Shown one piece after another: positions 15,189 to 24,514 of a stretch of DNA of 44,656 bases. The notes beneath the pieces were generated by a model. The model did not search any database. It was not told the origin of the DNA and worked only from the letters and a program-made list of their open reading frames with translations. Position 1 is the first letter of the stretch. Each line of letters opens with the position of its first letter. The position numbers and the translations under genes are program-made. The stretch spans positions 1 through 44,656 of IMG/VR virus record IMGVR_UViG_3300045391_001696. The stretch is one strand, 5' to 3'. This stretch comes from a virus.

Positions 15189-17293
15189 TTGATGGTCTGG
15201 CCCAATCTGAACTAGCCGGACGCGTTAAAAACGCTGCCGAGACCTACAATCTTGCCCAAGACATGGAAGATGGCCTGTTGCGGGAAATAGGCCAGGAATG
15301 CGCTAACGGGCTTAAGGATGACGATGAAAGCCGCGCCGAATGGCTTGATATGCATGCTTTCTGGCTGTCTCTTTATATGCAGCAGGATTATGCAGAAAAC
15401 TCCGATGCGGAGCGTTCATGGGGCGCAACCGAATCTGTCCCGATTCTTACTGAATCCTGTAATCAATTCCAGTCGCGCACATACAAAGCGTTTTTCCCTC
15501 AGGATAACTTCGTATCGGCAGTTCCGATGCGTAAAACCAGAGAGGATAGGGCGGTTCTTGAGGAACGCGCTAAACGCGTTGGCGATCATATGTCTTATCA
15601 GCTTGGTTATCTGGACCGCGCTTATAAACAGGATAAAGACGCGTTATTTCTCGGTGTACCTATTCACGGAAGCTTTTTCACCAAGACCTATTTCAGCGAT
15701 AGGTTAAAGCGTTTTAAAGTAGATAACGTTCGTCCTACAGATCTCGTTGTTAATTATAACGTAGGTCCTGTTCGTATCGAAGATGTGCGCCGCAAATCGC
15801 ATATGATCTATACGACCGTAGGAGAAACGGAAGAAGCCGTAAGGCGCGGTTTCCTTGTATCTCCATGCATTTCATCTATGCAGGATGGCAACAACGTGTA
15901 CAATATCAAGGTAGATGAATCGCAGGGATTAACCGAGCCCAATTCTTCCATTAAACGAGATCGTCCGGCTATCCTTGTCGAGCAGCACTTATATCTTGAT
16001 CTGGATGGTAACGGATTCCGCCCGTATATCGTGACGTTCGATCCTGCGCGTCGTAGCGTCAAGCGCATGACTATTGGCTATGAAGCAGATCAAATGGGTA
16101 ATCCGCTAAAAGATTACGAACAGACGCAGTATTTCACCCATTATAAATACCGAGAAAACCCTGACGGTTTCTATGGCTTCGGCTTAGGACAGGATATCGG
16201 TGATTTAAATGCCGCTATCAATATCATGCTCAGGCAGTCTATGGATGCCGCTACGCTTGCCAATGACGGCAATATGTCCGGCTTTATAAGCGAGCGCCTT
16301 GGCCTTGAGGGCGATGAAATTCGCATGGTGCTGGGTAAACTAACAAAGATACCCGATCAAGTGCAGGATATGGATTCCAGCATTATGATGATGAAATTCC
16401 CTGGCCCTAATGATGCTATGCTTAAAATCATGCAGGCTATGGATGAGCGCGCACAGCGCATGGCATCGACTACGGAAGCCACCACAGGAACCATGGATAA
16501 GGTCGTGCAGCCCACCACCTATCTGACGCAGGTTGAGCAGGCTCTTGAGCCCTTCAGCAGCGTCCAGATGCGCCTTGCATCATCAATGACCGATGAATTC
16601 CAGAAGATATACAAGATTAATCAGAAATACCTGCCACTGGTCGATTACTACATCGTTGATGGTGCGCCTGAAATGGTCACCCGCTCCGATTATGCCGATG
16701 ATATGCTCATTGCACCAATCTTCGATCCTAAATTCAGCACCCAATCACAGAAGGTAGCGCGTTCACAGGCAGTAGCCCAGGTAGTGATGGCTAACCCGCT
16801 TACCCAGACACGCCCACAGGTTATGGATGCAATTACTAAGAGGCAGCTTGAGGCGCTTGATATCGATAATATCGAAGAATTAGTACCAGAATTGCCGCCA
16901 CCAGCCAGAATTGACGACCAAAACCAAGAAAATATGTTATTTATGATGCCAAGCGGTTCCGCGCCTCCGTTTGATGTATTCCCCGACCAAAACCATGCCG
17001 AGCATTTGGCAAAACTGGAGCCATTCGTTAAAAGTGAAGGCGGAAAACTGATGCCAGACCAGCAGCAAGCCGTCTTAGCACACAAACAAAAGCATGAGGC
17101 ATTCCTATATGGACAAAAGCAAGGGCTCGTCCCACCGCCCAGACAGGTCGGAAATACATCATTGGACGCACGACAGGGTGACGAGATGGGTAATGGACAA
17201 CCTCAATCGGCAATTCCCAATCTGGCCGCCTTACTTGCCCCCCAAATCGCTGGAGCAGGCCCATCAGTCAGCGGGGCAGCAGCAAGTTCTTAA
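15098..17293 (+). CDS. portal protein (731 aa)
   Basis: Size, position in the head module, an acidic N-terminus and a Pro/Gln-rich C-terminal tail. The family was not identified by eye. Confidence 0.7.
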   Translation: MQQQEKDAILNDAAAEVAAEPPENDQEQQLIDGLAQSELAGRVKNAAETYNLAQDMEDGLLREIGQECANGLKDDDESRAEWLDMHAFWLSLYMQQDYAENSDAERSWGATESVPILTESCNQFQSRTYKAFFPQDNFVSAVPMRKTREDRAVLEERAKRVGDHMSYQLGYLDRAYKQDKDALFLGVPIHGSFFTKTYFSDRLKRFKVDNVRPTDLVVNYNVGPVRIEDVRRKSHMIYTTVGETEEAVRRGFLVSPCISSMQDGNNVYNIKVDESQGLTEPNSSIKRDRPAILVEQHLYLDLDGNGFRPYIVTFDPARRSVKRMTIGYEADQMGNPLKDYEQTQYFTHYKYRENPDGFYGFGLGQDIGDLNAAINIMLRQSMDAATLANDGNMSGFISERLGLEGDEIRMVLGKLTKIPDQVQDMDSSIMMMKFPGPNDAMLKIMQAMDERAQRMASTTEATTGTMDKVVQPTTYLTQVEQALEPFSSVQMRLASSMTDEFQKIYKINQKYLPLVDYYIVDGAPEMVTRSDYADDMLIAPIFDPKFSTQSQKVARSQAVAQVVMANPLTQTRPQVMDAITKRQLEALDIDNIEELVPELPPPARIDDQNQENMLFMMPSGSAPPFDVFPDQNHAEHLAKLEPFVKSEGGKLMPDQQQAVLAHKQKHEAFLYGQKQGLVPPPRQVGNTSLDARQGDEMGNGQPQSAIPNLAALLAPQIAGAGPSVSGAAASS

Positions 17294-17310
17294 TGCCATA
17301 GCTACGCTTT

Positions 17311-17715
17311 GTGGTGACATTCCACAAGATTGATGCGGATTGCATAGATTACATACCCGCACAGGGTATCGATTATCTTGAATCTGCCGCCGACAATCCT
17401 TGCAGCGATATTACTGTAAATGATGTCATTAGCTATGCCCGTGCAGGACTAGCAGAGATATACTTGGTTATAGATGGTGATATATGCGGGGCTTTTTGTC
17501 TCATGTATGGACATAATAACGCCGGAAAGATGGTAGATATTGTGCTTTTAGGGGGTAAAGACCTCGATACATGGAAAGAGCCGGTAAAGGCATATATCAT
17601 TGATATTGCTAAGAAAAATGGCTGTAACCAGCTATTTCTCATAGGAAGGCATGGTTTTGGCAAGCTATTTCCTGTTTTAAAGCCAGTAGGAACGGTGTAT
17701 ATGATGGAAATATGA
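17311..17715 (+). CDS. hypothetical protein (134 aa), possibly GNAT-like
   Basis: ORF track; GTG start, no clear RBS. Confidence 0.45.
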   Translation: MVTFHKIDADCIDYIPAQGIDYLESAADNPCSDITVNDVISYARAGLAEIYLVIDGDICGAFCLMYGHNNAGKMVDIVLLGGKDLDTWKEPVKAYIIDIAKKNGCNQLFLIGRHGFGKLFPVLKPVGTVYMMEI

Positions 17716-17930
17716 AGTTTTTAAGATTAAAACCATTTCTAGTTTTCTTTGCTCTTGGCGTGATCCAAGGCATATATTTTATTGTTAGCAATAATATAAA
17801 AATAGTCCCTCTTAACGCCGTGATTGCTCTGACAAGTCGTGGGGTTGGTGCATCTATCTGGGCAATACCTTATTGCTTTTTTACCCGCAAAGGAAAAACA
17901 AAGGCAGAATTCGATGTTGAAAAATCATAG
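17712..17930 (+). CDS. small two-TM membrane protein (72 aa), moron-like
   Basis: Hydrophobic segments FLVFFALGVIQGIYFIV and GVGASIWAIPYCFF; visibly AT-rich DNA. Confidence 0.5.
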   Translation: MKFLRLKPFLVFFALGVIQGIYFIVSNNIKIVPLNAVIALTSRGVGASIWAIPYCFFTRKGKTKAEFDVEKS

Positions 17931-18162
17931 CATAAAATATTTGATTATCCCACTTTTGTTGTGCGCCTGCACAACTCCCAAAACTATTTTAAAAAATGAA
18001 TCTACTGGTCAGATTGCCATTTGCGGCGGTACGGCTAACGGATCATTTGCCGGGGGAATCATTGGTTATCATGTGCAAAAGGCCAATGATGAGGACTGTG
18101 TCAATGACTATAAGTCCGAAGGTTTCTCAATTTTAAAATCCGAAAATAATAACGCCCAATAG
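17914..18162 (+). CDS. predicted lipoprotein (82 aa), moron-like
   Basis: MLKNHSIKYLIIPLLLCACTTP has a signal peptide with a lipobox-like LCAC. AT-rich. The track ORF was trimmed to ATG 17914. Confidence 0.55.
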   Translation: MLKNHSIKYLIIPLLLCACTTPKTILKNESTGQIAICGGTANGSFAGGIIGYHVQKANDEDCVNDYKSEGFSILKSENNNAQ

Positions 18163-18204
18163 GGGTCAACTGACACCATAATTTACTCATGTCATAATTG
18201 CGGC

Positions 18205-18888
18205 ATGAGTAAAAGAGTCAGGTCTATTGCGCTTCCCGTTCTTGGTGGTATTGTTGGTGGTCCCATAGGCGCCGCCGCAGCGGCTGGGGTCAATAGCTAC
18301 ACACAAGATCACAATATAGGATCGGCATTAACATCGGCCGGATTGGCTGGGGCGGGTTCTTATATTGGCGGAAATCTTGGTGCATCCCTAGGCGGCCCTA
18401 CCTTGGCTGGCGGTTTAGAATCTGCGCTTGGGCCAGATCTCGGTTCTGCAATAGGACAATTAGCGGGTAGTTCTGCCTTAACCCCATTATCTGGATTGGC
18501 TGGTGGATTTGTTGGTAGCAATTTAGCCTCATCCCTTACAGCATCAAATTCTGTTCCCAAGGGAGCACCACTTGCCGCTCCTTATCAGCCTACCCAGCAG
18601 TCACAGCAAACCCTACCCCTTAGTCTTTCCACACTTGGCAGCCTGACAAATCAACAGCAGGCAAGCAACATCGCAACCGGCGGTGTTTACGGTGGGGGAG
18701 AGGGACCAGAAGAAAATAGTTATTTCCTCAATCTAATCAATCGCCGCCTGGTAGATCCTAGCGGCAATGTTGGAGATTTAAGCGAAATAAACCCGGTAGA
18801 AAATAGCTATTTAAATCAACTTGGCCTTGGCGGAGCAAAAGATTCAAGAAGTTTACTGGAGGCGATTAGTAAATACAAAGCAGCATAG
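18205..18888 (+). CDS. Gly/Ala/Ser-rich low-complexity protein (227 aa) with glycine-zipper-like segments
   Basis: ORF track. GxxxG-rich N-terminal two thirds, Gln-rich middle, ordinary C-terminus. Confidence 0.6.
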   Translation: MSKRVRSIALPVLGGIVGGPIGAAAAAGVNSYTQDHNIGSALTSAGLAGAGSYIGGNLGASLGGPTLAGGLESALGPDLGSAIGQLAGSSALTPLSGLAGGFVGSNLASSLTASNSVPKGAPLAAPYQPTQQSQQTLPLSLSTLGSLTNQQQASNIATGGVYGGGEGPEENSYFLNLINRRLVDPSGNVGDLSEINPVENSYLNQLGLGGAKDSRSLLEAISKYKAA

Positions 18889-18895
18889 GAGCAAT

Positions 18896-19234
18896 ATGAG
18901 CAAGTATAATCCCAAATTTGGTAGAGTTTTAATTGAGCGAGAAGTTACGAAAAAGACAACGGGCGGTATTATTATTCCCGATTCTGCATCTAAACGTAAT
19001 GCAAGCTGTATCGGCAAAATCATCGCATTAGGCGAAACCGCAGGCTGGACAGAAACATTCGATGAATCCGGCGATAGAATCGCCGTGCAAACCCTCAAAA
19101 TTGGCCAGACCGTAATCTTTGGCAGGCATTCTGGAGCTTGGCTGGATGCTACCTACGATAATAAGGGCGGCGAAAATGACGACGGAAGTTTATTCATCTG
19201 CCAAGACGCAGATATTTTAGCAACAGTGGAGTAG
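18896..19234 (+). CDS. groES: GroES/Cpn10-family co-chaperonin homologue
   Basis: FGRVLIEREVTKKTTGGIIIPDSA...GKIIALG...IGQTVIFGRHSG...DADILATVE aligns by eye with bacterial GroES; AGGAG RBS before ATG 18896. Confidence 0.8.
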   Translation: MSKYNPKFGRVLIEREVTKKTTGGIIIPDSASKRNASCIGKIIALGETAGWTETFDESGDRIAVQTLKIGQTVIFGRHSGAWLDATYDNKGGENDDGSLFICQDADILATVE

Positions 19235-19237
19235 ATT

Positions 19238-20266
19238 ATGAGCGAAGATACGGAAACCGCGGGCGGCACGGAATCACAAACAGACGGCGGCCAACTGGCG
19301 GATATTCTGCCATCGGCAAATGAATCAGATAAGAATTCTGCTACTGATAACCAGCCATTAATTCAAAATCAAAAAGCAGACAAACCAGCCGGATATCATC
19401 CTGTTGATCTTAGCAATCTTCCAGAAGATGTGCGAAAGCCCATTGAAGAGCGCTTTAGATATATGTATGGCCAAATCAAAGGAAATGAACGCAAAGTAAA
19501 AGAGGTATTCAGCATTGCCGATCAGCAGGCGCAGAAAATCGAAGAGCTGATGTCGGGCGTTGGTCAGGTTGTCGATCATTTGCAGAATAAAAGTCTGGAT
19601 GACCTTGAATCTCAGGCTAAGTCACAGCTTCGTGCTGCACATGAATCTGGCGACATTGACGGTTTTATCACTGCCAATGATCGCTTAAGCGAAATCAAGG
19701 CTAAAAAACTTCTGGCGGCAGAACGTGCTAAAAGCCAGAAAACTGAACGGCCAAAACAGACTAACCAATATCGTTCCGCATCCGAAATAGCCAGTTCTGC
19801 TGAAATGGATGGAGAATTATCCTCTGATGACGGGCGCGCCATTTCGGCATGGCAAAGCGAAACTGATTCCAGTGGCGCAACTCTAAGGCCATGGGCGCAT
19901 AGCCGTAATCCGGAGAATCCCACTGCTGACCCACTGTATCGCCGCGCTCTTATAGAATCCGCCGCTGTATTCGATGAGGCAAGTCCGTGGGCATCAAAAA
20001 CGACAGCTGAGAAATTAGCCGAAATAGACCGTAGGATGGGGCTAACCCGTAATAGCGGTTCGCAGTCGGTAATGGGAGGTAACATGGGGGGTCAATTGAC
20101 AACGCAGCGTAAATCAGCAAAACTTACATTAACGCCCGAACAGGAAAAAATAGCAATCCGGATGAATGTGGGCGCTAAGCACTCTTCCAAGCCACGATCA
20201 GATGCCGAAAAAATACAGGCATATCTCGATCAGATGAAAAAAGTTTCGGCTAGGGGAGCAAAATAA
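19238..20266 (+). CDS. putative scaffolding protein (342 aa)
   Basis: Acidic, helical/coiled-coil composition; lies between the portal and capsid genes. Confidence 0.55.
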   Translation: MSEDTETAGGTESQTDGGQLADILPSANESDKNSATDNQPLIQNQKADKPAGYHPVDLSNLPEDVRKPIEERFRYMYGQIKGNERKVKEVFSIADQQAQKIEELMSGVGQVVDHLQNKSLDDLESQAKSQLRAAHESGDIDGFITANDRLSEIKAKKLLAAERAKSQKTERPKQTNQYRSASEIASSAEMDGELSSDDGRAISAWQSETDSSGATLRPWAHSRNPENPTADPLYRRALIESAAVFDEASPWASKTTAEKLAEIDRRMGLTRNSGSQSVMGGNMGGQLTTQRKSAKLTLTPEQEKIAIRMNVGAKHSSKPRSDAEKIQAYLDQMKKVSARGAK

Positions 20267-20742
20267 TGAGCATCGAAGCAAATACGGTAGGCAAAAGAAG
20301 TCCGGGCCGTCCTAAAAGCGAAATTCCCAAAGTAAAAAAAGGTAACTCTTCCTGGCGTCCGGCAAGCATTCTGGATGTTGAGGGCAAAGAAGATGGTTAT
20401 CGCTACCGCTGGTCTAACAAGAGCAAGGATAACCTTGCCAAAAAGGCCGCAGAAGGCTGGGAAACAGTAAGCGCCATTCAAAGCAGCGAATCTCGCAATA
20501 CAGAAAATAATTATATTAATGACGGTAAGTCATTAACAAGCGTGGTGGAAAAACACGACTGTATTTTGCAGAGGATTCCTGAGGAAGTGGCACTAGAGCG
20601 AGATGAGTTTTTTAATAATGAGAGCGCAAGACGGATAGCCGGACTTACCGCCCATATTAAAAAAGAAATTGGAAATACGGGGGCGAAAGCTCACGGAGAT
20701 ATAACAATCAGTTCCCGAAACGGAACACAGGTAATTGAATAA
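20266..20742 (+). CDS. hypothetical head-module protein (158 aa)
   Basis: ORF track; start overlaps the scaffold stop. Confidence 0.55.
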   Translation: MSIEANTVGKRSPGRPKSEIPKVKKGNSSWRPASILDVEGKEDGYRYRWSNKSKDNLAKKAAEGWETVSAIQSSESRNTENNYINDGKSLTSVVEKHDCILQRIPEEVALERDEFFNNESARRIAGLTAHIKKEIGNTGAKAHGDITISSRNGTQVIE

Positions 20743-20757
20743 CTGGAGGATAATTAA

Positions 20758-21339
20758 ATGGCAGCTGGACGCGTAGGTTTTATTCCTAGCAGACAACCCG
20801 TACCGGATTGGGTTCGTAACGTTCCCGTATCGGCAAATGGTACGGACACAATCGCCAAAGGCGATGCTGTAGTAATGGTAAACGGTATTGCCGTTCGCGC
20901 AAGCTCTGGTCAGGACCCGACCAATGGTAAGGGTTATGGCGTTGTTCTTGCGGTATATACGACTGCAAACCGCCCACTCACCTTCAATACCAGCAAGATC
21001 ATCACCTCTGCACAGCCCGGTCGCGCTGACGTGGTATTTGATCCCAACCAAACCTTTTATGTTCAGTGCGTAACCTCTGTCGGTCCGAGCAACATCAATA
21101 AAAACGTTGTTGTTGACGTATCTTCGGCGAATGCAACCACTGGCCTTTCGGCGATGTCTGTAGACATCCCCGCTTCTGCATCTGCCAATGATTATTTCAA
21201 AATCATCAACATTGGTCCGTTCGATGAACTCGGCGGTAAGATGGGTATTAACGGCGGTGCTGGTGGCGGTGGCCCCAACAATGGCGTGGAAGTTAAATGG
21301 AATAACCACTTCCTGCACGCACCCGTAGCAGGACAATAG
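20758..21339 (+). CDS. putative capsid decoration/cement or minor capsid protein (193 aa)
   Basis: GGAGG RBS; immediately precedes the major capsid gene; beta-rich composition with a Gly-rich C-terminus. Confidence 0.5.
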   Translation: MAAGRVGFIPSRQPVPDWVRNVPVSANGTDTIAKGDAVVMVNGIAVRASSGQDPTNGKGYGVVLAVYTTANRPLTFNTSKIITSAQPGRADVVFDPNQTFYVQCVTSVGPSNINKNVVVDVSSANATTGLSAMSVDIPASASANDYFKIINIGPFDELGGKMGINGGAGGGGPNNGVEVKWNNHFLHAPVAGQ

Positions 21340-21351
21340 GGAGAATAAAAC

Positions 21352-22269
21352 ATGGTAATGTCAACTGGTGCATTTTCAGAATTTCTATGGCCTGGTATTC
21401 TCGCCACATTCGGCGATGAGTACGACGATTATGATCCCATTTGGGAAAAAATCGTAGACAAGCATGAGTCCGATAAGGCTTTTGAGAAATTCCAGGGCAT
21501 CACTAATTATGGCCTCGCTGGTGTAAAAGACCAGGGCGCTGGCGTTCCCTACCGTGATAAATTCCAGGGCTTTCCCCGCGAAATTATCAACATCACCTAT
21601 GGTATCGGTTCGACCATCACCTATGAAATGATGCGTTATGACCAGTACGATAAATTCAAAGCGATTCCTCAGCAGCTCGCTCAGGCAGTTCGCCGCACGG
21701 AAGAAACGGTTGTTGGCAATTTGTTCAACAACGGCTTCTCCACCGCAGCAAACCCGACCCTGACGGCAGACGGAAAAAGCCTGTTCAACTCCGCACATTT
21801 GCTGGTTGGCGCTAACAACGTAACCCAAAAGAATACCCCCGCAACGGCATCCGATCTTTCTCAGTCGGCGCTTGAGCAGATGTATATCGATGTGGGCCGT
21901 TTTGTTGACGATCAGAACTTACCGATTGTTGTGCAGCCTCAGCGCTTGATGGTTCCGATTGAATCGCAGCATCTTGCCCGCAAGATTATGCAGACGGAAT
22001 ATGAGGTTGACTCCGGCAATAACACGATCAACCCGGTTTCTTCTTCCCGCATGCCGCTTGATCTGGTTATCAGCCCGTGGCTCACTGACGTTGATGCATG
22101 GTTTGTTAAAACCAACCAGGCAGACGGTACGGTATTTACGGATGTTGATCCGGTTATGCTTGACCGCGATAACGAATTTGACACCAAGAGCCTTAAATTC
22201 TCCGCAATGAGACTGTTCGGTGTCGGCGCGGTTAATTATCTCGGCTGGTACGGTTCACCTGGCGCATAA
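21352..22269 (+). CDS. major capsid protein (305 aa, presumed HK97 fold)
   Basis: Size and position after the scaffold and decoration genes; sequence character typical of capsid proteins. No family was assigned by eye. Confidence 0.7.
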   Translation: MVMSTGAFSEFLWPGILATFGDEYDDYDPIWEKIVDKHESDKAFEKFQGITNYGLAGVKDQGAGVPYRDKFQGFPREIINITYGIGSTITYEMMRYDQYDKFKAIPQQLAQAVRRTEETVVGNLFNNGFSTAANPTLTADGKSLFNSAHLLVGANNVTQKNTPATASDLSQSALEQMYIDVGRFVDDQNLPIVVQPQRLMVPIESQHLARKIMQTEYEVDSGNNTINPVSSSRMPLDLVISPWLTDVDAWFVKTNQADGTVFTDVDPVMLDRDNEFDTKSLKFSAMRLFGVGAVNYLGWYGSPGA

Positions 22270-22278
22270 GAGGTACTA

Positions 22279-22746
22279 ATGACTCGGTATACGGATAATA
22301 TCTATAGCGGCAATCAGGCTATAACTTCTGCTTTATCAAGTAAAAGTGCGGTTGTTCTTACTAAGGTGCATCGCATTGCTGGCGGCGCGGCCTCGACAAT
22401 CAGTGGCACGTTCCCGCAGGGGGCGCAGAACCTTGATGCTAAGCTTTATATCATGCTTAACGCATCAGCTACGGTCAGCGATAAGATCACTGTATCTGCC
22501 GCAGGTGTTGATCTGATTACGATCACGCAATTTGGTTCGGCTGCTGGTGTATTACGTCAGACCACAACGAGCCTTGGCGTTCTTACGGCTGTAGCATCTT
22601 CGTGTGGTTTGTTAACGGGGGCTGCTAATGCTGAACTGCCCTATGCCGTTACCTATGCAGCCAATACGCAGGCGACCGGCGCTGATTATCAGCTTGTTCT
22701 AACTTTCAATCGTGCCGATACCAACACGCTTGGAGTAACTGCGTAA
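22279..22746 (+). CDS. hypothetical virion protein (155 aa, Ala/Thr/Ser-rich)
   Basis: ORF track. Confidence 0.55.
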   Translation: MTRYTDNIYSGNQAITSALSSKSAVVLTKVHRIAGGAASTISGTFPQGAQNLDAKLYIMLNASATVSDKITVSAAGVDLITITQFGSAAGVLRQTTTSLGVLTAVASSCGLLTGAANAELPYAVTYAANTQATGADYQLVLTFNRADTNTLGVTA

Positions 22747-22889
22747 TGCCGCTTAAGTCTGGTTCTTCAAAAAAGACCATATCTAAAAATATCGCTACAG
22801 AAATGCGATTTGGCAAACCTCAAAAACAGGCGATTGCCATAGCATTTTCTAAGGCCGGAAAGGGCAAAAAGAAGCCCGGAAAGAAGTGA
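22746..22889 (+). CDS. small basic protein (47 aa), not in ORF track
   Basis: Hand-translated [47 protein letters not shown]; TAATG overlap with the upstream stop. Confidence 0.5.
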   Translation: MPLKSGSSKKTISKNIATEMRFGKPQKQAIAIAFSKAGKGKKKPGKK

Positions 22890-22893
22890 CGCC

Positions 22894-23271
22894 ATGAGAC
22901 CAAAGACTTTCATCGTTGTTGGCTCAACTGGCGGCCCTACTTATAGCCCCGCCTACGTTATAGATACCTATAATAACCCGTGTAACGTTGGTATAGGCGT
23001 TGTAGTAAGCGGCAACAACACAGTTGCAGACCTCCAGGAAACCTTCAGTGATCCTTTTGCCATCAACCTGACGGCAAACGTATCTGCTGGCGTATGGGTT
23101 AATAACACGGTTTTGACGTCTGCTACGCAAGCTGGGGCCGCTAATGGCGCTTACGATACAAACTATGCATTTCCCCCGCGCGCAATTCGTGTCCGTGTGC
23201 GAGCACTAGCATCGGCTGGCGCAGGAGAGGCGGCTACATTCTTTATCCAACAGGCAGGCCCGGAGACTTAG
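22894..23271 (+). CDS. hypothetical virion protein (125 aa)
   Basis: ORF track. Confidence 0.55.
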   Translation: MRPKTFIVVGSTGGPTYSPAYVIDTYNNPCNVGIGVVVSGNNTVADLQETFSDPFAINLTANVSAGVWVNNTVLTSATQAGAANGAYDTNYAFPPRAIRVRVRALASAGAGEAATFFIQQAGPET

Positions 23272-23272
23272 A

Positions 23273-23422
23273 ATGAAGGAACCACCGAAAATTGATCCCT
23301 GTAAGGGACTGACCCCAAATACCGCCCAACGCCGTCCCGATGAGCCGAAGCACTCTCCGCCAAAGCCATTCAAATTAAGCAATGGGTTTAAACAGACCAA
23401 CTACCGCCCACAGGGGAGATAA
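23273..23422 (+). CDS. possible small Pro/Lys-rich protein (49 aa), not in ORF track
   Basis: Hand-translated MKEPPKIDPCKGLTPNTAQRRPDEPKHSPPKPFKLSNGFKQTNYRPQGR; fills an otherwise empty gap. Confidence 0.3.
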   Translation: MKEPPKIDPCKGLTPNTAQRRPDEPKHSPPKPFKLSNGFKQTNYRPQGR

Positions 23423-23432
23423 TGGATAGCTT

Positions 23433-23735
23433 ATGGCAAGACGCGGAGGACGCAAGGGCGACTATCTAATTACAGATGATTATACTGGCTTTACGACCTA
23501 TTCCAGTAAGGTTCATCTCGATTTTTGGGGTGCTCTCGCCAAAAAACCGCTTCTTAGGAATTTACAGGAAATTGCATCTCCCTTAGCTGATCCCTATCCC
23601 GTCAATCCTTATCGTGGCCCTAATTATGAATCGGTAAATCCACTCACGACTACGGTTGCGCCCACCTTTGTTGGTAAGACCAATGTCAAAACTAGCCATG
23701 ATAACGCCGCCTTTGAAAGCGGGGCAGTAACATGA
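23433..23735 (+). CDS. hypothetical virion protein (100 aa)
   Basis: ORF track; ATGA overlap with the next gene. Confidence 0.5.
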   Translation: MARRGGRKGDYLITDDYTGFTTYSSKVHLDFWGALAKKPLLRNLQEIASPLADPYPVNPYRGPNYESVNPLTTTVAPTFVGKTNVKTSHDNAAFESGAVT

Positions 23736-24514
23736 CTACCTATAATAAAAATACCCTTAAAACATTTTTCCAGACCAATGACGTTCCGGACGGTAATGAT
23801 TATGCGAATTTAATTGATTCGCAGATCAATATTGTCGAAACGGCATCGCAATCAATGGCTGGGCCTCTAGTAACTACCGAGCTTGTCACGCCGCGTGTCA
23901 GCGCCACTGCCGGTATTTTTAGCAGTGTTTCAGCCGCTAGTATTAATGCCGCGGTATTAAATACCAGCCAAGGGATAGCGAGCCTTGGTCAGACGATAAT
24001 AGCCGGATCCGTTACTATAACGAGCGCCGTTACCATGGTTAATGCTGGCATTAGTATAGTAGGAAACGGAGATTTTAGTACAAGTGGTGGCTCGGTTCTT
24101 TGCAGCGCTTTAAATGTTGCTGGCGGCGCGCTTGTTTCGCGGAATACGGGCGGGCTATTTATAGGCGGAGACGTTTCTGCTAATAGCGCAAGTGTTTATT
24201 GTAGCGCGCTTCATATCAGTTCTGTTGGTATTGTAAGTGCTGCTGGAACAACACAGGGCGCTGCCGCTGTCTTAACCAATAGCATCAATCGATTACAGGG
24301 GATCAACGATGGGGCGCAAACTGGCTTTGCAATCCCCGCCAATAAAGTTGGTCTTGTCCAGTATATCGTCAATGAAACGGCGACCTCTGCAAATCTATGG
24401 CCGCCCACTGGCGGGACTATCAATAACCTCGGCGTTAATAACGTATTCGCGCTTGCCGGGGGTACTTCCTACACCATTTTCCACACAAGGGCTTCCGCCT
24501 ACGGGGTAAAATAA
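23732..24514 (+). CDS. putative tail fibre-like protein (260 aa)
   Basis: N-terminal FFQTNDVPDGNDYANLIDSQIN resembles the conserved tail-fibre N-terminal motif; Ser/Ala/Gly-rich beta-like remainder. Confidence 0.5.
   Translation: MTTYNKNTLKTFFQTNDVPDGNDYANLIDSQINIVETASQSMAGPLVTTELVTPRVSATAGIFSSVSAASINAAVLNTSQGIASLGQTIIAGSVTITSAVTMVNAGISIVGNGDFSTSGGSVLCSALNVAGGALVSRNTGGLFIGGDVSANSASVYCSALHISSVGIVSAAGTTQGAAAVLTNSINRLQGINDGAQTGFAIPANKVGLVQYIVNETATSANLWPPTGGTINNLGVNNVFALAGGTSYTIFHTRASAYGVK

Noticed and set aside
19612-20085. Minus-strand ORF of 157 aa inside the scaffold gene, and a similar one at 16690-17085 inside the portal gene
   Set aside because: These are antisense ORFs in GC-richer coding DNA. 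They have low-complexity Ser/Ala/Arg composition and no start context.
20593-21336. Minus-strand ORF of 247 aa overlapping 20758-21339
   Set aside because: The plus-strand gene has a GGAGG RBS, fits the operon and has capsid-module context. The antisense product is Arg/Cys-rich with no motifs.
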